This document shows, piece after piece, positions 28,534-43,835 of a stretch of 64,000 bases of DNA. Numbering within the stretch: position 1 is the first letter of the stretch; each line of letters starts with the position of its first letter. The translations under genes were made by a program, and so were the position numbers. The DNA comes from Octopus vulgaris (taxonomy: Eukaryota), in assembly GCA_951406725.2 (NCBI GenBank), contig OX597828.1:37696001-37760000 (forward strand), read 5' to 3'. The notes under the pieces are model-generated. The model saw only the letters and a list, made by a program, of their open reading frames with translations, searched no databases and was not told where the DNA came from.

Positions 28534-29569
28534 CACCATTAGTGAATTTAATTGTACACTTGCATAATTAGTCATTTCCCCTCTAAAGTACAATAATTTC
28601 TCTTATTTCTCTAATTACAGTTTGCATTTTAGCCTCTTACTGAACCTGCGCTGCTTCCTTTTTACTTTATTGCATCTGTAAGTACACAGCGAGACATAAT
28701 TGGCCTGCTACTAGAAAATGCTAAAAGGTAGCACGACCTATACTCCCATGGACAATCAGTTGACTTACTCAACTCATATGTTTCTGCAATCTATCAACAT
28801 AACAAAATATCGAACCTATTGTATGGACATAAAAGAACATAACATATCCCAAGATAACTTACATTGCACATCAATCTCAGATGTTCCTGCGTACATTGGA
28901 TTTCTTACTCTTTTAACTTCACCTGCAAGCTTCTCTCATATTATATGACAAATATTTTGGGGCACAATACGTATCTTACCTTTGTTGTTATCTGACACTA
29001 TAACCTCCGCCTTCCGTATTAGCCGCAGTCCACCGTGTGATTTCCCTACCATAAGTATTTTCTCTTCTATTACCATGTTTGTAACTGCCTCCTTAACAGT
29101 TTCATTCATTCTCGTGACGTAAAGAGCCAGACGGCGGTTGTCAACGAGACAACCAAACTGAAGTTGTTAATGTAAGTTAGCTTGTTGCAAATCGCCTTCT
29201 TGGAATAAATTAAATCTCCTACGAAAATATCTAAAGATCTGACACCTGTTGGAATAAAGTAACGTCCAATTTCAAGCCGGAATTTCTCAAAGTGTCTCCA
29301 ATATGTATGCAGAGTGCGACTTGGTTTGGCTTTGGTCTGGTTATCGATATTGTTGTCATAAGACTCGGCTAAGATAGTTTCAGCAGTCCTTGTTGCTACG
29401 ATGCTTAAATGATTCCTTAACGAAAGAGATCTTCCGACCGGTATTTCATTCGAGAAGATAACTTCCTCCAATTAATAGCAACTCCAAAGCCTTCACGGAG
29501 AGGAAACAAGAAACGTAACAGAGTTTCATGAGTGCTGTGGCCATTGCCTGTCACTTAGTAGTGGATGGG

Positions 29570-29953
29570 GATGGAAGCACTCCGTCGGTTACGACGATGA
29601 GGGTTCCGGTTGATCCGATCAACGGTACAGCCTGCTCGTGAAATTAACGTGAAGGTGGCTGAGCACTCCACAGACACGTGTACCCTTAACGTAGTTCTCG
29701 TGGATATTCAGCGTAACACACAGAGTGAAAAGGCCGGTCCTTTGAAATACAGGTACAACAGAAACAGGAAGTAAGAGTGAGAGAAAGTTGTGGTGAAAGA
29801 GTACAGCAGGGATCACCACCATCCTTTGCCGGAGCCTCGTGGAGCTTTAGGTGTTTTCGCTCAATAAACACTCACAACGCCCGGTCTGGGAATCGAAACC
29901 GCGATCCTACGACCGTGAGTCCGCTGCCCTAACCACTGGGCCATTGCGCCTCC
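29570..29953 (-). mobile_element. SINE family B, tail type 3
   Basis: Same head; tail shared with 62395-62765. Confidence 0.9.
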
Positions 29954-30285
29954 CACTTAGTAGTAATACGCAGCAAGAAAACTAACCGCAGGCGCTACGA
30001 TGCACAAACATCGTCGACTAAAAAAGAATATACAATGACTAGTTTCTTTGAGCCGAGAGGACTGATCTGTAGGGAAATATGTACACACACACACAAACAC
30101 ACACACTCTCACACACATATACACATACACACACACGCACGCACGCACGCACACACACATATCAACACAATAAGTACCAGGCTTAAAAAATGTACTGGGT
30201 CGATTCATTCGACTATAATATTTCAGTGATATATATATATCATTAAAAAATGTCAATCCACTTGTCTTTGTCTCTGACGGATTGC

Positions 30286-30333
<48 letters not shown>

Positions 30334-30446
30334 ACATAAATACATACATACATACACACATACATACATACATACATACATACATACATACATACATACA
30401 TACATACATACATACATAATTCACGAAATATTACCATGATAGAGAC

Positions 30447-31021
30447 TTAAATGGACGTTGGGAGATTGTCTTAACCTGATTTGCCTTCGGTTGATTTCTA
30501 TAGTTTTCATCAGTGTACTTTGGCGACTTAAAAAAGAGTTTTGACTGTTATTTCCAGCAGGTAGACATACATGGTATGTCCGTTGATTAATTTTAATTCT
30601 TCAGCTATTTAATGCCTTTTTTGGCCTGTAATCTCCTATATTATTGATTCTGTTATTATCATTTTTTAAATATTTACACTAGATAATATCAAAATTAATA
30701 TCTTCGCAAAAGTAATTTTTCGTTAATTACTTTTGCGTGGATTGTTTGCCCCACTATCGAGATTATTTCCACACTGGTGGCTGCAATGATTCCGGCGCAA
30801 AACGAATCAAAACAATAGGTTGGAAGTCTCTATCATGGCAACGCGTGCTGAAGAAGCTAGGGCTATTTTTTGCCATTGCAGAAACCGGTCCACGCGAGTC
30901 CAGATATTTAAATGTACGTTGGGAGATTGTCTTAACCTCATCTGCCTACAGTTGATTTCTGTAGTTATCATCAGTGTATTTTGGCGATTTAAATAAGAGT
31001 TTTGACTGTTATTTCCCGCAG
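30447..31021 (+). repeat. ~115-bp direct duplication (30447-30560 / 30908-31021)
   Basis: Shared acgttgggagattgtcttaacct...gagttttgactgttatttcc. Confidence 0.85.
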
Positions 31022-31056
31022 CTATATATATATATATGCATACATACATACGTACA

Positions 31057-31087
<31 letters not shown>

Positions 31088-31161
31088 GTATATATATATA
31101 TATATATATATTCACACACACATATAGTTGAGAAAGATACATAGACAGACAGACAGACAGA

Positions 31162-31278
<117 letters not shown>

Positions 31279-31402
31279 GTTTCTTTTTCAGTCTCCTTTT
31301 AATAACAATTTTACATTAAACTAAAGAAATTTTACAGAATACAAGAGGGGTGATGTATACGTAGATATTGACAAATACAGGTATATATATAAAAAATATA
31401 TA

Positions 31403-31448
<46 letters not shown>

Positions 31449-31641
31449 TGTGTGTGTGTGTTATTGCAAAAATATGTGTGCGTGTATGTGTATGCCTGTG
31501 CATGTACGTGAGTCTGTGTGTAAGTATGAATGCTTCGTAATATATCTACAAAGAACTTACAACTTTTAATAATATATTATTTTTTCATTTTATCCCAAAT
31601 GATAAAACATGAATGAAGTTAATAGATTCTGAAATGGAAAT

Positions 31642-31685
<44 letters not shown>

Positions 31686-31769
31686 TATATACATATACAT
31701 ATGCATATTTGTTTCTCTGTGTGTGATGTGTGCATATATACATGTATGTATTTTCAATAGATCATATGC

Positions 31770-31812
<43 letters not shown>

Positions 31813-32397
31813 CATATTTTGCCATCTATTAAATTCCTTTAAATTTTTGCATTATGGTTACTAAGAAAAAAAACGTGAATACAAATTTCCATTTACTTCA
31901 GAATTTTTTTGCCATCGAGACATACGCGCATGCACATTCTATCTCCCACAAATATACACAAGTGTATTGTGTGTGTATATATACATATACATATATATAT
32001 ATATGTACGCATGAATATATATATATATACACATATAATTTGAGCATGTAGCTATAGATATATCTGTAAAAATATATGTAGACTCTGTGTCGTATATATA
32101 TATATATATATATATACATACATATATAGATGTGTGTATGTGTATATATGTATATATATGGCTAAGATTACATTAGCTATTGTTTTATACTTTAGTATTG
32201 AGTGTAATAATCATTACACATTGATCTAACCCCCTCTCCACCCCACCTCACATCCGCCTCCATTGCCCTCGCCTTTTCATGTAGATTCTCCTTACAATCA
32301 ACCGCTTTGATTCCATTGCTATTCTTAGATATATTTTTCTTGAAATGGCAATGGCATCATTTGTCTTTCCAACTCTTCAATTAAAGGCACATGTTCA

Positions 32398-32430
<33 letters not shown>

Positions 32431-33201
32431 CGTACATATATACATAAGTACACATACACATATATATATTTATACTTATACACGCATACACACACACACA
32501 CAAACAAATATATATGTATGTATGTATTTATGTATGCAACTATCTACGTATCTATATCTATACGTCTATTTATATATGTCTATGTATGTGTGTATATATA
32601 CATAAATATGTATCTATCCGTTTATCTATACATATATAATATATTTATTATTTATATCTCCATATCTTTTAGTGTATAAGTATTAATACATACACGCATA
32701 CATATGTCTGTGTGTGTATATATATATACATATATATACATACATACATACATACATAAATACATACACACACACGCACATATATATATACATATATATA
32801 TATATAGGTATGGTAAAATATATGTATTTTTTAAGCACCAGTACCTGCGCTTCTCTGCCTATACACACAACACACTGCAGATGCACACATGCACACACAC
32901 GATCTCTTTCACTCTCTATTGCTCTCCCGCTTGCTCTCCCTCTCTTCCTCTCTTTTTCTCATTCTAGTAGATTCATATATCAGCTGATTACAATTTCTAA
33001 GCATGCACACGAACATATCTACACCGCACTTGCATATATCCATATATAAATAAGACGTACATATTTATCTCTGTACGTATATAACGTAGATGCATACATA
33101 GATACATATACATAGGTAGTAAAATAGCTTCATCTAAAAGAATACTTATTATTACCGATGCATATGCCCTTTCGATTCTCTGCCAGGGAATTTGCGATCT
33201 G

Positions 33202-33247
<46 letters not shown>

Positions 33248-33521
33248 CACAAATACTCAACCAGACACGCACACCAAGGCACACCTTCCCTCCAACACAC
33301 GTATTTACAGTGAGAGAGAGAGAGAGAGAGAGAGGTAGAGGGGGAGAGTATATATAATTATATGATCTTTTCAAATTCGCATACGACTTTTGTTCAAAGT
33401 ATATTTTTATCTTCGATTTATTTGTATTTCATTTTATTTTTACACATTCCCTAAATTACAACAATTTTTTCCTCGTTGTTGTCCATGCCTTTGTACTTGC
33501 ACTTTTGCTACATCTCTAATT

Positions 33522-33522
33522 T

Positions 33523-33569
<47 letters not shown>

Positions 33570-33607
33570 TTCTTCTTCTTCTTCTTCTTCTTCTTCTTCT
33601 TCTTCTT

Positions 33608-33638
<31 letters not shown>

Positions 33639-33650
33639 TTATTATTATTA

Positions 33651-33697
<47 letters not shown>

Positions 33698-33700
33698 TTA
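33522..33700. repeat. (TTC)n(TTA)n array
   Basis: Direct reading; abuts the Dong 3' end. Confidence 0.95.
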
Positions 33701-34580
33701 TTATGTGATGAAAACTCATAGCTCGTTTTGCTAGGTATGATAGAAAGCGTCTGCTGTCCACAGCCAGCAGATTAAGGTGACACTTGTTTACTGGTCTTGC
33801 TTCAAAATCCTGCGAAGAGCTCTCGCAGTTCCAAGCAATGCTGACTTTTGAAGGTGTTCTGCCTTCACACTTGCACCAATGATTTTTTTAGCCATTCTGA
33901 TAGCTGAGTGACGATACTCCCAAGTGCATCAATTACTATTGGATTGGTATCACACCTACTCTCTTCATTGACCACAGCATTCGTATTTCCCACTTCAAAT
34001 CGTCATAGTTGTTTATTTTTTATTTTTCTTCCCCATTGATCCTGTTGTTACCGGAGCATTCTGTGTCGATTATTGTACATGTTCTTTCTTTTTTATTCAG
34101 CTGAGCGATGTCCGGTTTCCGATGTCTGGTCGGGTGATCGCACTGGATCATTGTATCCCAAAGGATTTTGCAATTGTCATTTCCAGTGACTCCTCCAGGA
34201 GTTTGCTCATGCCACGTGTTTGCTCTCTGTAGGCCGTGATTTCCACAGAGCTCCCAATGGATCATTCTTGCCACATTGTCATGACGTCTTTTATATTCGC
34301 GTTCTGCCAATTTCAGGCATTCGCGAACGATGTGCCATACTTTTTCACCCCTCTCACCACACATTCTGCTATTGTCACTGTCGGTAGTGTTGTCTATTCT
34401 GCACTTCATGTAATTTGTTCTTGGGCTGCGCATATGAAATGATTCTATCTCTATCTTCAGGTCACTCCTCCTCATCCGTAGCCACCGGTCTACTGTATCT
34501 GTCTTCGCGTTCACATCTCTTGCAAACTGATTGTACATTATCTCCTTCCATGTTTTTACTTTATTTTCATATACACTCAA
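33700..34580 (-). mobile_element. R4/Dong-clade (RLE) non-LTR retrotransposon, 3' fragment, defective
   Basis: ORF 34020-34580 has the zinc knuckle (RMCG...E...HIV..C), RRHD and RKPD..D restriction-like endonuclease motifs. It continues past a stop to LQKSALLGTARALRRIL. The 3' end runs into (TAA)n. Confidence 0.88.
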
Positions 34581-35529
34581 AATATTAGACTGTTATGTAA
34601 AATTTCATCGCATATCATTCTCTTTTCCCTTTTTTCCCCGTCATTTTTATATAAACCTCCACACAAATTGTTCTTGGAATTTTACCCTCACCTGATGATA
34701 AGTAATTTTCGCTGTTGTTATTGTTACTGATGTTATTGTGACTCTTAAAATCGAAAATAGTGCAAAGGGAAGAATTATGTCCCAAAAGTCTTTGCTGTAT
34801 TTATTCGCTTCTTCGTGTCAAAATATTAAACCCCAAAAGGGAATTTGGGGGACTTAAGCCATCAAAAGTGGATAATGTTATAAAAATTATTTCAGAGATC
34901 TAGGGCTCCACCATTAGATAATAATATCTCACACTCCAAAACATTTTTCATATCAAGTTCAATTATGTTTCCCTCGATTCTCTATAACTTACATAAATCT
35001 GAATGTTCTTAAACGTAGACACATCTACAATATATATTAACATACAAACATGAACACACGCATATATATATATTTACACACACACACACATGAACGCACG
35101 TACACCACGTAAACACATGTATATACATACACGTATACCTACATATATAAGCATACACACAAAACTGTAGTCATAGATATACATACAAATAATCACGAAC
35201 ACACAAACACAGAAAAACACACGATCTATATTTTCATTTAAAGCTAAGAACACTCCAGGCAACAGCAACTTTGTTATTAAGAAAGATGTGTAACTTTGAC
35301 ATAACGTGCTGAGTGTAATTTCATTTTCACTTTTGAAAGTTTCAAGTTAAAAACATGTTATCATATCAAAAACTATCATCATAATTTTTATTGAGATTTT
35401 CTCAGTCGTTGTTAGTATTAATATTGTGGTTATTATTATTGTTTACATTAACTATTAATATTGTACCAAAGGTTTTCATTACACTTGGATTTTATCATGC
35501 ATACATAGTAGAAAATAAATGCATATCCG

Positions 35530-35860
<331 letters not shown>

Positions 35861-36889
35861 GTCTCTCTTTATATATATATATATATGTGTATATGGAGAG
35901 AGAGAGAGAGGGAGAGAGAAAGACATTTACATACATACATTTGTGTGTGTTAGTGTGTTTTTGGGTGTACCTGTGTGTGTACGTGTGTGTGTATAGCGCG
36001 ATAAAAGCGTTGATCAAGAATTGCTGTAAATATAAATATTATATCATATAAGCCTGACCGTAGGCTTATTTATAAACACAATTGACATGTGAGAAAACCT
36101 GAATATTTAATATCTATATGTCCGTCTGCCCGTCTGCCTGTGTGTCTGAGTACGTGTGTGTATGTGTGTATGTGAATGCAAATATACATGTAATTATAAT
36201 CAAACATAAATACATAAATATCATATCTACATGCTTGTGCCTGCGTATATATATATATACATATACACACACATAAATGTATATTTACATACTGAGAAAA
36301 TATGTTCATGTTTGTGTTGTTTGTGTATATTATATTAGCATATATACATAGTAATAGTATTTGTATTTATTCACACAAACCTGCATACACACGCACAAAT
36401 AAACTTACACAGAAACACACAACCATACAAAGACACATACACACATATATGACGGGAGAGATGTAGATGGAAGGTGCCAAAGACAGAGATCTCTATTTGT
36501 GTTTAGGTGTATGAAGGAGCATATATGTGTGTGGGAATGTATGACAGTGTGTGTGTATGTGTGTGTGTGTACCTGCTTCTAAAAATTTGTATTTTGTGCC
36601 TCATCCTTAAGTTTCTTCTGATTTATATTAACTTTTAATTAATTTCTCTACTGTAGTCTATTTAAATATTTACCCCCGCTTGCATTAGCCTTGTGGCAGG
36701 TAGAGAAATCGTTTGTAATTTTTACTCATTACTTATTTATGTGCGTCTCTTTGCGTAAAAATTATGCAAAACTCTTACAACGACAAACAACCTTAACAGC
36801 TTTACTAATGTAAGAAATGCAACTGATGTACGAAGAAACTTAAAGGATTCTCTGAGTTTATAAATGTTAATTTATTCTTAGATATTCTT

Positions 36890-37014
36890 TTGGTTTTTTG
36901 CGCTTTATTCGTTGGATATTATTTGTTTTTTTTTTATTTCTTCCCAGACTTACTTTTCAATAAATTTTTCAAATTATTGCTTCTTTTTAAATATTCTTCA
37001 TTTTATATACATAC

Positions 37015-37078
<64 letters not shown>

Positions 37079-37545
37079 ATATTTATTTATATAGATATAT
37101 ATACCTGTTTGTACGTATGTATAAATATATGTGTACGTATGTATGTGTATATATGTGTTTGTCTATGTAATGCATATATATGTACGCATGTATGTATGCA
37201 TATATATATGTACATGTATTATACGGATGTATACATGCATGTATGTATGTATGTATGTATGTATGTATGTATGTATGTAGTACGTACCTTTGTATGTATG
37301 AAGTAGTACGTACGTATGTATGTATGTATGTATATATGCATGTATGTATGTATGCATGTATGTATGCATGTATTTATGTATGCATTGTATGTATGTGTGT
37401 AATATTATGTACCTAATGTTGTGTATTTGGTGTTTTGCACATTATTCGTGGCGTATTTGCTTTTATATTTTCCCCCAGACTTACATTTTAAAGAATCTTT
37501 CAAATTATTGTTTCTTTTTAAATATACCTCATTTTATATACATAC
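36890..37545 (+). repeat. ~125-bp direct duplication (36890-37014 / 37427-37545)
   Basis: Shared cccagacttac..tttcaaattattg..cattttatatacatac. Confidence 0.8.
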
Positions 37546-37879
37546 CTCTATTATATTTCTTCTGTTTTGATTCTGGTAGTCTGGTTTTCGTTTTAGGTTT
37601 TGTAAATTCCATTAAGATTTAATGTTGTTCAAAAAATTTCAGCTTGGTCTAACTCGGTGCATTTTAATCAGTAACAGGAATGTTCTTTTTGTATTCTATT
37701 TTTATTTTATATTTTTCTATAAGATATATGGCAGCCGTGAGGTTTCGAATTCGGATATAGACATTCTGTTGTTTAATGACAATGTATGGCCGCGTACATA
37801 ATTCATTTGGCGTTATTAGCTACGCAACGTTCAGCCTATGTTCATACTCTGCCAGACAAAACTTATGTTTTGTCTACAA

Positions 37880-38390
37880 ACGATTTTCCAATACAAGTAA
37901 GAGTCAGAAATATTATTAACTCAAATCTGGAAATTAGAAGTCAACGGCACGGACTTCAAAAGAAACTGGAGATTACAGAAAATATCCAATGAGTATACAA
38001 ATGCAAGTAAATGAAGTAACTCTTACACAGCTGAGAAAGCCTTATTCTCCTGTCGAGACAGATATCTATTTATGAGGTACGAGATGTTTGGTAAATGCCT
38101 GAAACACTGGTTACGAAAATAAACAAAGCCACTTCCATCATTACCATCACATATCCTCGGAGTTTCTGTTTCGGCAACCGGCGGCTCCTTGGTCGTTCTG
38201 TCCCTGCGTCTGCGGACAATCTGCAGCAGACAGGATGTCTCTACATGCGGGATTGTTGGGGACCGCTTGTGAAATTCATATTCCCACGAAACTTCTTCCA
38301 CCGCCATAGTTCGAGATGCCTCGAGGGTGGTGGATGAAGCCGACTCAACCCGCCCAGGGTGAATGTCGCTACAAGTACAAGTAAGTACAT
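37880..38390 (+). mobile_element. Highly decayed CR1-like LINE 3' remnant with (ACAAGT)n tail
   Basis: Weak similarity: SNLE..SQ...K..I.ENIQ and VNA*N....ATS resemble CR1-group C-terminal motifs. Ends tacaagtacaagtaagtaca. Confidence 0.35.
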
Positions 38391-38707
38391 CACATATTAG
38401 TGATAGCAGTTTTATGTGTCACACAAAAGAAACTCCCACGAAATCATCGCCTTGCTAAATACTTCTATTCACACGGTCATTAGCTTGGGTAAGACCAACA
38501 GTTATGTGCTTTTTTTCGTTATCTTTTAAACACTACATATTTCAGATTTAGCCCTCAGTTTCAAGGTCGTCTGCATAAATCCCGCGCTTAGCATCTGTGT
38601 ACATAGGATAATATGCATACATAAATATGGGCATAGTTACAGATGTGTGAGCAAAGCTATATAGATAGATGGGTGGGTAACGCTAAGTATGTGTCTACAT
38701 GTGTGTC

Positions 38708-38752
<45 letters not shown>

Positions 38753-38758
<6 letters not shown>

Positions 38759-39197
38759 TATAATTTAGGTTATCTAACAGATAGCACCACGCTGGAAATA
38801 GCAGTCAAAACTAGACTCTAAAACCACATTTAATGTTCATTACATGTAAGTATATCGTATGTTGTATATATATATATATATATATATATTTGTATTTATG
38901 AGCTATCTGAGTATATTCCACTAATGAAAGACAAGCATTTCTTACGCAGAGTCAGAAATTCGGGATCTGGAATTATCCAGTAATTTTTTTGCTAATTTAT
39001 TTTGTCTCTGTCTTCTCTCCTGGTGCTATATGGACATTTAATGTGGTTTTAGAGTCATGTTTTGACTGCTATTTCCAGCGTGGTGGTATCTCTTAGATAC
39101 CCTAAATTATAATTTTAAATAAGTATTACCTTTGAAGGTTTTTATTCCCATGCTGGCCACCTGATAAGATCGGTATTTAAATATCGATCTTATCCTT
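38753..39197 (+). mobile_element. Hammerhead cassette (38890-39197) plus detached inverted partial copy (38753-38840)
   Basis: 38753-38840 is the reverse complement of ~39032-39115. TA arrays flank both pieces. Terminal hairpin at 39163-39194. Confidence 0.65.
38915..38973 (+). ncRNA. Type I hammerhead ribozyme (G5>A decayed)
   Basis: ATTCCA-CTAATGA-aaGAC...GTCa-GAAA-TTCGGGA-TC-TGGAAT: perfect 6-bp stem I and near-palindromic stem III. Confidence 0.7.
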
Positions 39198-39368
39198 ATA
39201 CATATATATATGTATATATAATTTAAAGTGAGGGTAAAAAATTGAACGCTTGGAGGAGAGATGGTATGTATGTGTGTATGAATGTGTGTATATATGTATG
39301 CATGTATGTATGCATGTAAGTATACATGTATATGTGTGTATGTGTACGTGCGTGTACGTGTTTGTGTA

Positions 39369-40560
39369 CACAGACATGACAGAAGTAAATAGACACCCTA
39401 ATAATTATTAGAATTTTATTTAAATCTGAAATTATACATTCAAATTATTTATTAATTGTTATAATGTGAATATTTAATAATTTACAAGACATGCCCTGTG
39501 CATTTTTCAACGCAAGGACCGTATTAGGCATGTTACTGCTCAAATGACGAATATTCTCTTGGGGAATTTCTTGCCAAGTTTACTGCAGTAATCTCAAAAG
39601 ACCTGGCTTTGGAGATGCTTCCTTGTACTTTCTTATGTCCAATATGTCTCAGTGGTGTTCAATAGGCTTCTTATCTTGTGACTGGCTTGGCCATTGAAGC
39701 TTTTTAATGCCATTTTCATCCAGAAAATCTTGGGTCATTTTAGCCGTGTAAATAGTCTTCTTTAATCACTTCGCCACTGGAGAAGATTGGAATGAATCCT
39801 TTCTGCAATATGGACACATACTTATTTGAGTTTATGTTTCCATCACACTCTCCACCACATTGCTCCAAATTGCTCCCCAGAGTATCACAGAATAGTTGCC
39901 GTGTTTTATTGTTGGCAGCAATCTTTTCATGTCAAATTCTTGATCGCAGTCTCCAGACCCACACTGTCAGGAAATACAGCAAACCTGGATTCATCGGAGA
40001 ATATGAGAGTGTCCTAAAATTCTAGTGGCCTCTCCACCATCTCACTGGCCGAATCTTTTCTCCGCTTGATGTTTGCTGGTCGAAGAAGTGGCTTCCTTCT
40101 TGCTGGTCTGCCATATTAACCAAGTTTGTGGAGATACCTGACAGCTGTTCGGGGGCTGATATCAACTTGTTCTGCTATGTCAGAGGCCTTGCGACGAGGA
40201 TTATCCTCTACACTTCTCTTAGCAAAGAGAAGGGTCCTGTCAGAGGCTCTGGTTGATCTGGGCGAGGTGATATGAACTCCTTCCACCCTCCAGGGAATTG
40301 CACAATCACTATTAATTTTAGAAAGACGGATCCCAAGGTTTACAACTATTTTATGCTAGGTCCACTTCAGAATGACCCACAGCATGGCATCTTTGAAATT
40401 CAGAGAGTTCCAAAGCTTCTTTTGTATATGTCATGATTAAACAGTCACATATAGAATCTAAAACATTAAGATGTCAATTGATAAATAATATAAACATTTA
40501 CAAGTTAGAATCATAAAACAATGTTTTCTGAGGTGTCTATTTACTTTTGTCGCGTCTGTG
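39369..40560 (-). mobile_element. Tc1 transposon fossil with both TIRs
   Basis: ~30-bp TIRs CACAGAC(A/G)(T/C)GACA(G/A)AAGTAAATAGACACC with TA on both sides. Minus strand encodes LIFSDESRF, PTIKHG..SVILWGAI and W.SQS.D..PIEH, disrupted. Confidence 0.9.
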
Positions 40561-40648
40561 TATGTATGCTTCTTTGTAGATATGAATGTTTGAATGTATG
40601 TATGTGTTTATGTATTATATATGTATGTATGCATTTATGCATGTGTTT

Positions 40649-40725
<77 letters not shown>

Positions 40726-40737
40726 TATGTATAAGTA

Positions 40738-40797
<60 letters not shown>

Positions 40798-41920
40798 TTG
40801 CAGTTATATATGTAGTACATATGTATATTCCTATTGGTGGGTGTGCATGATGCATGCATACACGCGCTTGTATTTATGCATTATACACATGTAAATATCC
40901 CTAATACATGTTTATATAAAGATGCATAATTTCGTATGCGCGAATTTGCATGATAACGCGTGTGTGAATCTATATCTGTTTATATCTGTCCTTTTTGAGC
41001 GTGTGTGTTTGTGCGCACGCCCGTGTGTATGTATGTACAGTGTGTGCTGTATGTATCTTTGTATGTGTGCTGTGTGGATCTTTCTGTGTGTGTCTACGTT
41101 GATGTTCCTCGTGATGGCAGTAATACATTCCATTGTCTTTACACCTGCGAAGCCAATATGTCCCTAATGTCGACGAAAGAGAAGAATCAATATGTTATTT
41201 CTCTATTATTGGATATACACACATACAGAAATAAAGAAAACTGAAAAACATATTAAAAAAAAGCATCTTTGGAAATATTTTTCTGGTGCAATCTTTATTT
41301 ATGTATAACTTCTCTATTTGCCAAACAAACTATTTTTTAGTAATGTTAGTAAACATCGCAGACATATAATTGATGATATTCTTAACCTGCTTCACATCAC
41401 AATAACTTGCTTACCATGTCTATATTTCGACTCTTCTTAGTAAAAGACAGAACCATAGAAAACGTCAATGCAATCATGAGTCTATAATGAACTATTGTCG
41501 AATCATGATGGATGCAAATGTAACACACGCAGCGGTTTTTAGAATAATATTATACAACTTCTTTTTCTTTAGTTTGATATCTTCTTTTTATGTTTCATTA
41601 AATACTATATTTTGATGCATTATGTTGTATTTGTTGAAATTTACCTATTCTTTTGAGAAGTTTTCTTTCTATATATTTTTTTAATTATTGTATTTATTTA
41701 CGTTTTTGTTGCAAACAGTCTTGTTGTATTGCAGGAAAGAAATCTGAACACATCTTCCTCATGCAGTGTAAATAGAAATGGAAGAACAATTTATAGCCTC
41801 TAGCTTATGCTGTGAGCCAGAATGATGTAAAGTGCTACGACAAATCTACCAACAGAGGGAAGAATTGTCGACTTCACATGTAGGTGTGAAAATAAAATAA
41901 CTAGATTGTAACCAGTGAGA

Positions 41921-42134
41921 GGCAATAAGCTGGCAAAATCGTTACCGCGATGGACGACATGCGGTACGGCATTTCTCCCGGGTTTATGCTGTCAGTTCAA
42001 ATTCGGCCGAGGTTATATCTACCTTTCATTATTTTAGGTCGATAAAATAAGTACCAGTTGAGTACTGGGATCGATAATATAGACCTATCTCTCCTTTTAA
42101 AATAGCTAGCGTTGTGCTAAATTTAGAAAGAATT
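41921..42134 (+). mobile_element. SINE family C, degenerate
   Basis: agttcaaattcggccgagg..ggtcgataaaataagtaccag. Confidence 0.75.
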
Positions 42135-42204
42135 AAATTTCAAAGCGAGATTAACAGAGAAATTTCGTCTTAGAAAAACATGAAATATAATATAGACCCT
42201 AATA

Positions 42205-42346
42205 CTCTTTTAAGGTTAGTACTTATTCTATCGATATTTTTGCGAACCGTTAAGTTACAAGGAGGTAAACAAACCAACAATCACAAAGACAAACAAAAAC
42301 GTGCATGCACACATATACATACATACATACATGCATACATACATGC

Positions 42347-42383
<37 letters not shown>

Positions 42384-42517
42384 TTTAAAAATCCACTCGC
42401 AAGGCATTGGTCGTTCCGGAGCGTTATTAGAAGGCACTTGTCAAAGATGCCGCGAAGAGGGACTGAACTCAAAATTATGCGGTTTAGAAGCAAACTTCTT
42501 ACCACACAGCCACGCCT
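42205..42517 (-). mobile_element. SINE family A, degenerate
   Basis: agtacttattctatcg...aagcaaacttcttaccacacagccacgcc. Confidence 0.7.
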
Positions 42518-42792
42518 GCTGTTATGAATAAATTAATAAGAGAAATTTGCAATTAATCAAGTTAAAACATGTCTGTGCATATTGGAAATATTTCTGTCGA
42601 GTACATCAGATCACAGATCACATTCGCAATCGATACGCTTAAGTCGATGCCACGCTCCTGGCCAAGTCACGAGTGCAAATGGTAATCTCCATTTCTCATT
42701 CTTTCAAAGGAACGCAAAAGTTATGTCAGACAAAGTGGGCGATAGAAAGTAGTGATTGCATACAGGTAGTAATCGAGTGAGTTTAATGAATT

Positions 42793-42852
<60 letters not shown>

Positions 42853-42929
42853 TACATCTATGCATATCTATATATATATACAGAAACATCTATGCATATA
42901 TATATATATATATATATACAGATACATCT

Positions 42930-42978
<49 letters not shown>

Positions 42979-42979
<1 letters not shown>

Positions 42980-43290
42980 GAGGCGCAAGGGCCCAGTGGT
43001 TAGGGCAGCGGACTCGCGGTCGTAGGATCGCTATTTCGATTCCCAGACCAGGAGTTGTGAGTGTTTATTGAGCGAAAACACCTAAAGCTCCACGAGGCTC
43101 CGGCAGGGAGTGGTGGCGATCCCTGCTGTACTCTTTCGCCACAACTTTCTCTCTCTCTTTCTTCTGTTGGCTTGCTCGCTTAGCCAGCGGGGTGGCGTCA
43201 TTTGAAGGCTAAAACAATGCGAAGCGCATTGTGACCAGCGATGTGTAGCAACATCTGATAGCCTGGTCGGTCACGGTGATCACGGTGATA
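42979..43290 (+). mobile_element. SINE family B, tail type 2
   Basis: Same head; tail ends ggtcggtcacggtgatcacggtgat. Confidence 0.9.
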
Positions 43291-43591
43291 TATATATATA
43301 TATATATATACATATACACGCACAAACACATACATATATATATATTTCAATATATATATATACATATATATGTATATGTATGTATATTCTATCATTTACT
43401 CTTGATTGGTTTTTGCGTCAGTCATTGGACTGCAGCCATGTTGGGGAGCCACCTTGAAGAATTTGAGTCGAATGAATCGAAATTTAAAATTTCGGTCTTC
43501 TTTTAAAGCTTAGTATTTATTCAATCGCTATCTTTTGTTACGAGAACCTAAACGCACCAATACTTGTTGTCAAGCGATTGTGGCTGGACAA

Positions 43592-43623
<32 letters not shown>

Positions 43624-43695
43624 ACACACACAAACATTTATATACATACAAACATATAAACATATATATACATCGCACCGAAAGCATATATATAT

Positions 43696-43823
<128 letters not shown>

Positions 43824-43835
43824 CGATAGATAGAT

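Noticed and set aside
28750-29100. Possible RTE endonuclease fossil, or a minus-strand splice donor at 28980
   Set aside because: Only faint motifs (TRW, EVKRV); no acceptor or continuous frame.
29106-29471. 121-aa non-repetitive minus-strand ORF
   Set aside because: No recognisable domain or splice signals; would need a profile search.
41735-41883. Exon candidate after ttgcag
   Set aside because: Stops in all three frames and a weak donor.
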